DNA from: Candidatus Acidiferrales bacterium
GTDB taxonomy: Bacteria; Acidobacteriota; Terriglobia; Acidiferrales; UBA7541
DNA length: 64,000 nt
Direction of reading: 5' to 3'
NCBI GenBank assembly: GCA_035534035.1
Contig: DATLSS010000025.1
Coordinates: 4,054-68,053 of the forward strand
Below, one piece after another: positions 46,379-54,615 of this stretch; the first letter of the stretch is position 1; each line of letters opens with the position of its first letter. Made by a program: the position numbers and the translations under genes. Below the pieces are notes generated by a model. The model was not told the origin of the DNA and searched no databases. It saw nothing but the letters and a program-made list of their open reading frames with translations.

Positions 46379-47008
46379 ATGTCCAGGAACGCGCGGCTAA
46401 GCGTCCGGCAAATCGCCACGGTTTTAATCGTGTTGTTTTTTGCGGGACAAACGGTCTCGGGCTACAATTATCCGCTGCATTCAGAAGCGATTCGCGACGC
46501 GTATTTTCTCGGCGTGCGAAACAACTTTCAGACCACGGATTGCCTTCTGCAATATGTTCATCGGTTCACCGGCCCACAAACGGGCCGTTACTTTATCTCG
46601 CAAATCAGTATTTCGACTCCCTATCAGCAGATTGTCCTCCGAGGACGCCGCCAATGGCCGGGCGATTCCGAAGTGCAAACCGAGACCGATCTGCAGGCGC
46701 ACCCGCTCAAGTTTGTTTTGCGGATAACCGTGCAATGGACCCGCAACGCCTATGTGCATCCGCTGCTCGGATCCGCGCCCTGGCCCGACCTTGCGCGTAA
46801 TGTCTCGATTCACGTCAGGCAAGGGGACGAAATCACGCCTCTCAAAGTCAGCTACCGTCCGATTTATGCCCGTAGAGGTCCAAGTGAAGAAATCGTCGAG
46901 CTGGAATTCGATCCCGCAAAAATAACTTCCGCGCCGCTGCGTGTTGGCGTTCACAAACCGGATGGCCAAGTGGTGGAAACGGAATTTGATCTAGCCAAGC
47001 TTCATTAA
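46379..47008 (+). CDS. Hypothetical exported protein (209 aa)
   Basis: Has an N-terminal signal/anchor (IATVLIVLFFAGQTVSG). I recognise no motif. Confidence 0.5.
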   Translation: MSRNARLSVRQIATVLIVLFFAGQTVSGYNYPLHSEAIRDAYFLGVRNNFQTTDCLLQYVHRFTGPQTGRYFISQISISTPYQQIVLRGRRQWPGDSEVQTETDLQAHPLKFVLRITVQWTRNAYVHPLLGSAPWPDLARNVSIHVRQGDEITPLKVSYRPIYARRGPSEEIVELEFDPAKITSAPLRVGVHKPDGQVVETEFDLAKLH

Positions 47009-47033
47009 ATACACAAGAGCGCCCTGCCCGGAA

Positions 47034-48149
47034 TCACGACCGCCAGTGCAGCGTCACAGGCCCATCGAGCGGATGCGAAGCGGGGGCGCCGGTGCGCTGC
47101 GATTCAAGATGAGCGGCCTTGAGCTGGAAATACCATTTGGCGGGACGGTCCGCGTCGTCGATCAGCATCAGATGAGGATTCGATTTCAGGCCGACGGATT
47201 GCTTGGTCATGGTGTCGGTATCCTGCGCGATGAAGCGGGGCCCGAGAACGTCGACGATGAATCCGACGATGGGCACATAGCGCAGGACATTCCATGCCGC
47301 GCAGAAATCGAGGCGGCAAAGGTCGCGGCGAACGGGCGTGACGACGGCGCGGCTCGAAAACCAAAGATTCCCCGCGCGCACTTGCTCGAACCGGTAGCTC
47401 GGCAGCGTGAAATCGATTGTCGTGGTGACGGGCGCTCCGGTGATCATCTTCAGCACTTTGTACGGCAGGCTATTTGAGGATGGGGTGTGCGGGCTCATGC
47501 GGAAGCCGCTGGGGATGGGTTCAAATTGTTTGTGCTTTTCGTGAATGCTGCGGCGCTTGCGCCACCACCACGACTGATGTACGAACGGGCCATGCGCCGG
47601 ATCCATGAGGCCAATCACTCCGTGGTCAACGTGAACGGGCATTTCCGCGGAGAGATGCGCGGTGCTGTAACGCTCACTGAATTTCGGCAGCTCTGGAGCG
47701 GGAATGGGCGCATGTGCGAGACGCGGCGAATTCGGCGCGGCCATGTAAGCCCAGATGTAGCCGTCGCGCTCTTCGCAAGGAAAGCTCCCTGCAAAAATGC
47801 GGTCCACGCGGAGCTTCGAGTCCGGCGTGATCGACGGAATTTCGCGGCACTGGCCGGTGCGCGCGTCGAAGCGCCAGCCGTGATAGCTGCATTCGACCGT
47901 TTCGCCGTCAGACTGGCCGCAGGAAAGGGGCATGCCGCGATGCGGACAAACGTCGCGCAACGCAAAGGGCTTCCCGCGCGCGTCGCGGCCAATCACGAGC
48001 GGCACGTCGAGGAGCATGGCGCGCCGGAGATCGCGTCCACGGACCTGATGCGAACGCAGCGCGGGATACCAAAAATCCCACAGCATTCCGCCGTCGGCGT
48101 TCGTCCATGCGGGGCTTGAAATTTCGGCCATAGTCACGGACTGCGTCAT
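47034..48149 (-). CDS. Rieske [2Fe-2S] non-heme-iron oxygenase (PaO/KshA-like alpha subunit)
   Basis: Has the Rieske motif CPHRGMPL...CSYHGWRF followed by a catalytic-domain-sized C-terminus containing DHGVIGLMDPAH. Confidence 0.75.
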   Translation of the reverse strand: MTQSVTMAEISSPAWTNADGGMLWDFWYPALRSHQVRGRDLRRAMLLDVPLVIGRDARGKPFALRDVCPHRGMPLSCGQSDGETVECSYHGWRFDARTGQCREIPSITPDSKLRVDRIFAGSFPCEERDGYIWAYMAAPNSPRLAHAPIPAPELPKFSERYSTAHLSAEMPVHVDHGVIGLMDPAHGPFVHQSWWWRKRRSIHEKHKQFEPIPSGFRMSPHTPSSNSLPYKVLKMITGAPVTTTIDFTLPSYRFEQVRAGNLWFSSRAVVTPVRRDLCRLDFCAAWNVLRYVPIVGFIVDVLGPRFIAQDTDTMTKQSVGLKSNPHLMLIDDADRPAKWYFQLKAAHLESQRTGAPASHPLDGPVTLHWRS

Positions 48150-48214
48150 GACGAGGCAGCCCGCCGTATCGTAGTATAGCCGCTACAATGCGGCAACTTC
48201 GGGAAAGTGCTGAT

Positions 48215-48243
48215 TTGACACTCCCGGCTGCTGCGGCTATTCT
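48215..48243 (+). promoter_or_regulatory. Candidate sigma70-type promoter for prfA
   Basis: TTGACA (48215-48220), a 17-nt spacer and TATTCT (48238-48243), about 130 nt upstream of the prfA ATG. Confidence 0.35.
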
Positions 48244-48371
48244 GTATTCATCATGAAGTTCGCTTCTTTCTATTAGCTTCCGCCCCTGAGCCCCTGCTGG
48301 GGCCCTGCACTATTCTCTCTGAACCGATTCACCGCTTTGATTCACGCTGCGATTTCTATTGGAGCTTTTCC

Positions 48372-49463
48372 ATGACGACACTGAGCATGTTTCAAAAACT
48401 CGACCAGATCGAGACTCGTTATGACGAGCTGAATGCGGAGCTGTCTTCGCAGGAAGTGCACGAGGATTCGGGGCGGTACCAGAAAGTCGCGAAGATGCAC
48501 GCGGAGCTTTCGCCGATTGTCGAGAAATACCGCGAGTGGAAGGAAATTGAAAAAGGAATCGCCGGCGCGAAACAGATGATCGAGGAAGCCGAAGACGCGG
48601 AGATGAAGCAGTTGGCGCACGATGAGCAGCACGCGCTCGAAGCGCGCCGCGAAACAGTGGAGCGCGATTTGAAAATGCTGCTGTTGCCGAGAGATCCCAA
48701 CGACGAGAAAAACGTCATCGTCGAAATCCGCGCGGGCACGGGCGGCGACGAAGCTTCGCTTTTCGCCGGCGAGCTTTTTCGCATGTACTCGCGCTACGCG
48801 GAATCGCAGGGCTGGCGCGTGGAAGTGCTCGAGAGTTCGGCGTCGTCCATCGGGGGCGTGAAAGAAATCATCGCGGCAATTCAAGGGCAGAAAGTGTATT
48901 CGAAGCTGAAATACGAAAGCGGCGTGCATCGCGTTCAACGCGTCCCGGCCACGGAACAGCAGGGACGCATCCACACATCGGCTGCGACGGTCGCGGTGCT
49001 GCCCGAAGCGGACGACATCGACATAAAAATCGAGGCGAAGGATTTGCGCGTGGATACATTTTGTTCGTCGGGTCCCGGGGGGCAATCGGTGAACACGACT
49101 TACTCCGCCGTGCGCATCACGCATATTCCGACGGGCCTGGTGGTTTCGCAGCAGGACGAAAAATCGCAAATCAAGAATCGCGCGAAAGCAATGCGTGTGC
49201 TGCGCACGCGTCTTTATGAGATGGAGCAGGAAAAGCAGCACCAGCTAATCGCTGCAGAGCGTCGCGGGCAAATAAAGACGGGCGACCGCTCGGAAAAAAT
49301 TCGCACGTACAATTTCCCGCAGAATCGCGTCAGCGATCATCGCATCGGGCTGACGCTTCACCAGTTGACGGAAGTGATGGACGGAAAACTGGGCCCGCTG
49401 GTGGATGCGCTGATTACGCATTACGAATCGGAACGGTTGAATCAAGAGTTGGTAGCGAGCTGA
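48372..49463 (+). CDS. prfA: Peptide chain release factor 1
   Basis: Has the GGQ motif ([10 protein letters not shown]) and the RF1-type PAT tripeptide (RVPATE). Confidence 0.93.
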   Translation: MTTLSMFQKLDQIETRYDELNAELSSQEVHEDSGRYQKVAKMHAELSPIVEKYREWKEIEKGIAGAKQMIEEAEDAEMKQLAHDEQHALEARRETVERDLKMLLLPRDPNDEKNVIVEIRAGTGGDEASLFAGELFRMYSRYAESQGWRVEVLESSASSIGGVKEIIAAIQGQKVYSKLKYESGVHRVQRVPATEQQGRIHTSAATVAVLPEADDIDIKIEAKDLRVDTFCSSGPGGQSVNTTYSAVRITHIPTGLVVSQQDEKSQIKNRAKAMRVLRTRLYEMEQEKQHQLIAAERRGQIKTGDRSEKIRTYNFPQNRVSDHRIGLTLHQLTEVMDGKLGPLVDALITHYESERLNQELVAS

Positions 49464-49481
49464 GATGGCAGTGAGAGGACC

Positions 49482-50420
49482 ATGGTCATGCCAAACGAGA
49501 ATCGCGCGACGGTTTCCGGCGGAGCGCCCGGCGCAATGCGCGTCGAGATTCCGGCGGTGGATGTGCGAGCTGCTCTTCGCGACGCGATGACGGAGATGCG
49601 TTCTGCCGGTGTACCGTCGCACGCGCTTGCGGCGGAATTATTGCTGATGCACGTCATGGGACGCGATCGGGCGTGGCTTTATGCGCATCCGGAAGCGCCG
49701 CTCGATGCCGAAGAGGCGCGCAAGTATTTTGAGTTGGTAACGCAACGCGTGGCGGGCACGCCAACGCAATATCTCACAGGCAAGCAGGAATTTTGGGGGC
49801 TCGAATTCGAAGTGACGCCCGCGGTGCTGATTCCGCGGCCGGAGACGGAACACATCATCGAAGTCGCGGTAAAACGTTTGGGCAAAGGAGGCACGAGTGC
49901 GTCGCTGCGCATCGCGGATGTTGGCACCGGCTCTGGCTGCATCGCTGTGTCGCTGGCGCTTGAATTTCCGCATGCTGAAATTATCGCGACTGATATTTCG
50001 GCTGCAGCGCTGGCTGTCGCGGCGCAAAATGCGGCGCGGCATAACGTGGCGGAACACATCCATTTACTCGCATGCAATTTACTCGGCGCGTTTGCGAGTG
50101 AACGCGGGACATTTGATATGATCGTCAGCAATCCGCCGTACGTTGCGCGCGATCAAGAGGCGCAATTGCAACGCGAGGTCCGCGAGCACGAGCCACACGA
50201 GGCTCTTTTCTTCGGCTTGACAGGCACGGAGATTTACGCGCCACTAATCAGCCAGGCCGCGGAATCGCTGCGGAGTGGAGGATTGCTGGTGCTCGAAATC
50301 GGGTATGGGGCGCTCGACCGCGTTCGACCTTTGTTCAGCGATTCTTCCGCGTGGATACAAATTCACGTCGCCAATGACCTAGCGGGGATCCCTCGGGTAA
50401 TATCCGCCCAGCGCGCATAG
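49482..50420 (+). CDS. prmC: Release-factor glutamine N5-methyltransferase
   Basis: Has the SAM motif DVGTGSGCIA and the NPPY motif (VSNPPYV). It lies immediately downstream of prfA. Confidence 0.88.
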   Translation: MVMPNENRATVSGGAPGAMRVEIPAVDVRAALRDAMTEMRSAGVPSHALAAELLLMHVMGRDRAWLYAHPEAPLDAEEARKYFELVTQRVAGTPTQYLTGKQEFWGLEFEVTPAVLIPRPETEHIIEVAVKRLGKGGTSASLRIADVGTGSGCIAVSLALEFPHAEIIATDISAAALAVAAQNAARHNVAEHIHLLACNLLGAFASERGTFDMIVSNPPYVARDQEAQLQREVREHEPHEALFFGLTGTEIYAPLISQAAESLRSGGLLVLEIGYGALDRVRPLFSDSSAWIQIHVANDLAGIPRVISAQRA

Positions 50421-50464
50421 CGACCTCTCTGCGTGTATGATTTCAACCTGAAGGTTCCCTTGCG

Positions 50465-51715
50465 ATGCCGAAGCTCGTGCAATATCGCGCCAAGCAAGAT
50501 GCCACGTCCGTCGCCAGCCCGGCGGCCGCGCCGGCGAATCTCTCTATTCTTCATGTGGATATGGACGCGTTTTTCGTGTCGGTGGAGCTACTGGACCGGC
50601 CGGAGTTGCGCGGACTGCCTGTGGTGGTGGGCGGGCAGGCCAATCAGCGCGGCGTAGTTACTTCAGCGAGCTACGAAGCGCGGCGCTTTGGGGTTCATTC
50701 CGCGATGCCGCTGCGCACTGCGGCAAAACTTTGCCCGCACGCGGTGTTTCTCGACAATCGGCACGAACTGTATTCGCGATGGAGCGATCGCGTCGCGACA
50801 ATCCTTGCGAAATATTCGCCCGTGGTTGAGATGGCCTCAATTGACGAAGCGTATCTCGACCTAACGGGCACGGAACGATTGCTCGGGCCGCCGCTCGCGG
50901 CCGTGGATCGTCTGCTGCGCGATATCACCAAACAAACGGGCCTGCCGTGCTCCGGCGGACTCGCGAGCACGCGGCTGATTGCAAAAGTGGCGAGCGACCA
51001 GGCCAAGCCCCGCGGACTGGTTTGGGTTCCGGAGGGAAGCGAAGAAGGTTTTCTTGCGCCGCTGAGCGTGCGAAAAATTCCCGGCATCGGCAAAGTCACG
51101 GAAGGCGCGCTTGCGAGCATGGGCATTCAAAATGTCGCGCAACTTGCCGTTGTGTCGCGGGAGCGCCTGGAAGAGACATTTGGCCGGTGGGGGACGGCAC
51201 TCTACCGCAAGGCTCGCGGGCAGGATACGTATGAGTTCTTCGTGGATGCGGAACCGAAGTCCATTTCGCACAATTGCACCTTTGCGAGCGACACTGCCGA
51301 GCGCGAAATCGTGGAATGCACTTTGAGTCTGCTGACGCAGAAAGCCGGGAAACGTTTGCGCGACGCGGGACTTTTTTGCCGCACGGTCACGGTGACGCTT
51401 CGCTTCACCAATTTCCAAACCATTACGCGCAGCCATACGTTTGCGAATCCCGCTGATCTCGACGCTGTGATTCTGGCGGCGGTTCGTGAATTATTCCACG
51501 GCGCCTGGAAAGGCTCCGCAAAGCTGCGGCTCGTGGGCGTCGCGCTGTCTTCATTCTTGGCTGCATCGTCCGCGACTGGCCAGCTCGAATTGCTTGATTC
51601 CGGCCGCCGGGAAAAGTTGGAGCGCTTGGCGCAGGCTGCCGATCGCCTCCGCGATAAATTCGGCTTCTCCAAAATTCAACTCGGCGGCTCGCTGCGCCCG
51701 CGCGGCGATTCGTAA
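50465..51715 (+). CDS. dinB: DNA polymerase IV (Y-family)
   Basis: Contains ILHVDMDAFFVSVE, SIDEAYLD and IPGIGKVT. Confidence 0.9.
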   Translation: MPKLVQYRAKQDATSVASPAAAPANLSILHVDMDAFFVSVELLDRPELRGLPVVVGGQANQRGVVTSASYEARRFGVHSAMPLRTAAKLCPHAVFLDNRHELYSRWSDRVATILAKYSPVVEMASIDEAYLDLTGTERLLGPPLAAVDRLLRDITKQTGLPCSGGLASTRLIAKVASDQAKPRGLVWVPEGSEEGFLAPLSVRKIPGIGKVTEGALASMGIQNVAQLAVVSRERLEETFGRWGTALYRKARGQDTYEFFVDAEPKSISHNCTFASDTAEREIVECTLSLLTQKAGKRLRDAGLFCRTVTVTLRFTNFQTITRSHTFANPADLDAVILAAVRELFHGAWKGSAKLRLVGVALSSFLAASSATGQLELLDSGRREKLERLAQAADRLRDKFGFSKIQLGGSLRPRGDS

Positions 51716-51770
51716 GCGCGTACACGCAATCACTCGCGGACCTCGTCTGCCTGCCGTATAATCGCGGCCC

Positions 51771-52931
51771 ATGGCATCACATGGAACAGGCTATTCCGCG
51801 CCGCCGGGCGACCGCCCCCATCGGCGAAGACCTTTCCGCGATTACTGGCAGCGCGTGACAGAAGGCCTGGCGATTCAGCAGCTCTGGGGCCAGATGAAGG
51901 CGGACGCGCGGGCGACCTATTCGTTTTACTCGCACGACGTTGACTGGGAAGCGATGGGAACGGGGCGGCATTGGAAACGCCCGTTCCGAATTGCGTGGGC
52001 GCTCTTTCAGGCGATGCTGATGAAGCTGACTCCTGCGCGCCGCGTTTTACTGCTGATCGCCTGCGTCCTGCTGGTGGTCAACCTGAAATTCAACTTCAGC
52101 AACCGGCAATTCTCTTTCGACCTCGGCGGCATCGGCACCGCAATCCTGTTCATTCTGCTGGCCCTCGAGTTGGCGGATCGCGTGACGATGAAGCGCGACC
52201 TCGAAATCGCGCGCGAAATTCAGCACTGGCTGGTGCCCGAACATCCGCCCGCGGTTCCCGGCGTGGATATCGCGTTCGCCACGCGCCCACAAAACACGGT
52301 GGCCGGCGATTATTACGACGCGTTCTTGCGCGCGGGCCCGGAAGGCCATGCGGGGCAATCGCTGTTGATGGTGGTCGCTGATGTGGCTGGCAAAAGCGTC
52401 CCCGCCGCTCTGTTGATGGCCACTTTTCAGGCCAGCATCCATTCGCTCGCCACGCGCCCGGGCAGTCTTGACCAGTTGGCGCGCGATCTGAATAAATACG
52501 CCTGCGACCACAGCCTGATGGGTATGCGTTTCACAACTGCCTTTCTTGCGGAGTACGACTCTTCCTCGCGGAGGATCCGCTATATCAATGCGGGGCACAA
52601 TGCACCGGTTTTGCGCCGCGCTTCGGGAGCCATGGAACGCCTCTCCGAAGGTGGCATGCCTTTCGGAATTGATAGTTCCACGGAATATCGTTCGGAGGCC
52701 GTGACGATCGAGAGCGGCGATCTTCTGGTGATTTTCACCGACGGTTTGGCCGAAGCCGTCAATGGCGACGGCGAAGAATACGGCGAGTCGCGGATACAGG
52801 CGCGCGTCGAAACGTTCACACAGGAATCCGCCGCTTCGGTTCTCGCGCTTCTGATGGGCGACGTGGATACTTTCGTTGGTCCGGCGCGCCAACACGACGA
52901 CATCACATGCATGGCAGTCCGATTCCTTTAG
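51771..52931 (+). CDS. Membrane-associated SpoIIE/PP2C-family protein phosphatase
   Basis: Has two central TM helices followed by a PP2C-like domain (AGDYYDAF, VADVAGKSVPAALLM, FTDGLAEA). Confidence 0.75.
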   Translation: MASHGTGYSAPPGDRPHRRRPFRDYWQRVTEGLAIQQLWGQMKADARATYSFYSHDVDWEAMGTGRHWKRPFRIAWALFQAMLMKLTPARRVLLLIACVLLVVNLKFNFSNRQFSFDLGGIGTAILFILLALELADRVTMKRDLEIAREIQHWLVPEHPPAVPGVDIAFATRPQNTVAGDYYDAFLRAGPEGHAGQSLLMVVADVAGKSVPAALLMATFQASIHSLATRPGSLDQLARDLNKYACDHSLMGMRFTTAFLAEYDSSSRRIRYINAGHNAPVLRRASGAMERLSEGGMPFGIDSSTEYRSEAVTIESGDLLVIFTDGLAEAVNGDGEEYGESRIQARVETFTQESAASVLALLMGDVDTFVGPARQHDDITCMAVRFL

Positions 52932-53052
52932 TCTTTCGCATAATCGTTCGCACACGCATCGCAGAATGAGCGAATCCGTCGGATTCGCATTCCCCGCACT
53001 CTTACCGACACTGTCGTTTGCCCCGACCCCGATTGCGGCACATAATTCAGGC

Positions 53053-54417
53053 ATGGGTGCGCGTCAATGGGCGGAACAAATTTGCGAGAAACTGCGCCAT
53101 GCAGGTTATCAAGCCCTGTTTACGGGCGGATGCGTGCGCGACCTGCTCCGCAAGCGCAACCCCGTGGATTACGACGTGGCGACGGATGCGCATCCGGGAG
53201 AAGTGCAGCGTCTTTTTCCGGGCAGCATCGTCGTCGGCGCGCAATTCGGCGTCGTGATTGTCATCGACGACGGTTTGCAAGTTGAAGTCGCCACGTTCCG
53301 CTCTGATCTCGGGTACGCGGATGGTCGGCACCCTGCGGCCGTAAAATTTTCCGCGACACCTGAGGAGGATGCGCGCCGGCGCGACTTCACCATTAACGGC
53401 CTGATGATGGATCCGCGCGACGGCCGCGTGGTCGATTTTGTGGGCGGCCAGGCGGACCTGGCAGCGGGCATTGTGCGCGCGATTGGCGATCCGGATCTAC
53501 GATTCGAAGAAGACAAGCTGCGCTTGGTTCGCGGGGTCCGTTTCGCAGCGCGTTTTGGCTACGTGATCGAGGCTGCCACGCGCGCGGCCATCGTCAAACG
53601 CGCACCTGAAATTTTGCAAGTTTCGCAAGAGCGCTTGCGCGACGAGCTGACGAAAATGCTCACGGAAGGGGCCGCGCGCCGCGCCTTCGAGCTGCTGGAT
53701 GAAACGGGTCTGCTGCGTGAATTGCTGCCTGAAATCTCGCGCATGAAAGGAGTCGCCCAGCCACCGCAGTTCCATCCCGAAGGCGACGTCTGGATTCACA
53801 CGCTGCTGATGCTGGGGCAGCTTCCAGCCGGCTGCTCGCCAACGCTTGCGTGGGGCGTGCTGCTGCACGACGTGGGCAAGCCGCCAACGTTCAAACCGCC
53901 GGCGGGGCCAAATGACCGGATCCGATTCGACGAGCACGTGGAGCTGGGAACGCGGATGGCCGAAGAAATCTGCCGGAGGCTGCGATTCTCCAATGATGAC
54001 ATAGAGCAAATCTCACTGTTGGTCGCGAATCACCTGCGCTTCAAGGATGTGGCACAGATGCGCACATCGACACTGAAGCGCTTCGTTCGCTTGCCGCGAT
54101 TCGAGGAGCATCTGGAGCTGCATCGCCTGGATTGCCTGTCCAGTCACCGCGACCTGACCTGTTACGATTTCACGCAGCGTTTCCTCCAGGATACGCCCCC
54201 AGAAGCCGTGCGCCCGGTTCGGTTGGTTTCAGGGGAAGATTTGAAAGAAATAGGCTATAAGCCGGGGCCGGCGTTTAAGGAAATCCTGCGCGCTGTGGAG
54301 GATGCGCAACTCGAAGGTAAAGTCCAGACACGTGAGCAGGCGCTCGAATTAGTAAGGAGTGCTTTTCCTGCGTGCAATATTCCCCCGCGCGGGGGACAGG
54401 CTTCGGCCGGTCGATGA
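53053..54417 (+). CDS. cca: CCA-adding tRNA nucleotidyltransferase with HD domain
   Basis: Contains GGCVRDLL...DYDVAT, RSD..Y.DGRHP and an HD domain (LLHDVGKP). I prefer ATG 53053. The longest ORF (52876) overlaps the upstream gene. Confidence 0.8.
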   Translation: MGARQWAEQICEKLRHAGYQALFTGGCVRDLLRKRNPVDYDVATDAHPGEVQRLFPGSIVVGAQFGVVIVIDDGLQVEVATFRSDLGYADGRHPAAVKFSATPEEDARRRDFTINGLMMDPRDGRVVDFVGGQADLAAGIVRAIGDPDLRFEEDKLRLVRGVRFAARFGYVIEAATRAAIVKRAPEILQVSQERLRDELTKMLTEGAARRAFELLDETGLLRELLPEISRMKGVAQPPQFHPEGDVWIHTLLMLGQLPAGCSPTLAWGVLLHDVGKPPTFKPPAGPNDRIRFDEHVELGTRMAEEICRRLRFSNDDIEQISLLVANHLRFKDVAQMRTSTLKRFVRLPRFEEHLELHRLDCLSSHRDLTCYDFTQRFLQDTPPEAVRPVRLVSGEDLKEIGYKPGPAFKEILRAVEDAQLEGKVQTREQALELVRSAFPACNIPPRGGQASAGR

Positions 54418-54438
54418 ACATCATGCTGAGCTACTGCG

Positions 54439-54545
54439 TTAATTAATTGAAAACACTAATCTTAAATTTATAGTTTAAATCTTAGTCTAATATGCTAAAG
54501 ATATCTAATATTAAACGCTTAAGTGGTTGTAACCCTTCCCGCTTT
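54439..54545 (+). promoter_or_regulatory. AT-rich block plus a sigma32-like element upstream of lon
   Basis: Positions 54439-54523 are roughly 20% G+C by my count, against about 60% in the flanks. CTTAAG (54518-54523), 14 nt, then CCCGCTTT (54538-54545) loosely resembles the CTTGAA-N13-14-CCCCATNT consensus. Confidence 0.25.
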
Positions 54546-54615
54546 TGGTGCATCGAATGATTCAGGCAAGGTCACGCCAGGATCTGTCCTGCGTGTCCGA
54601 GAGGGGATTAACATA

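Noticed and set aside
48253-48276. A 7-codon mini-ORF (MKFASFY) in the prfA leader, followed by a gcccc/ggggc hairpin. This raised the possibility of leader-peptide attenuation.
   Set aside because: There is no SD. The ORF would start only about 3-5 nt from the predicted transcription start. No precedent I know of links prfA to such control. It is too short to separate from chance.
48342-49241. A 299-aa minus-strand ORF opposite prfA.
   Set aside because: prfA is unambiguous (GGQ and PAT motifs). The antisense product is Arg/Phe/His-rich.
48372-49463. I checked for a programmed +1 frameshift in the release-factor gene.
   Set aside because: That mechanism belongs to prfB (RF2). This gene is RF1 (PAT motif) and is a single uninterrupted ORF.
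52047-53054. A 335-aa minus-strand ORF opposite the SpoIIE-phosphatase gene.
   Set aside because: It is a shadow ORF opposite a gene with PP2C motifs.
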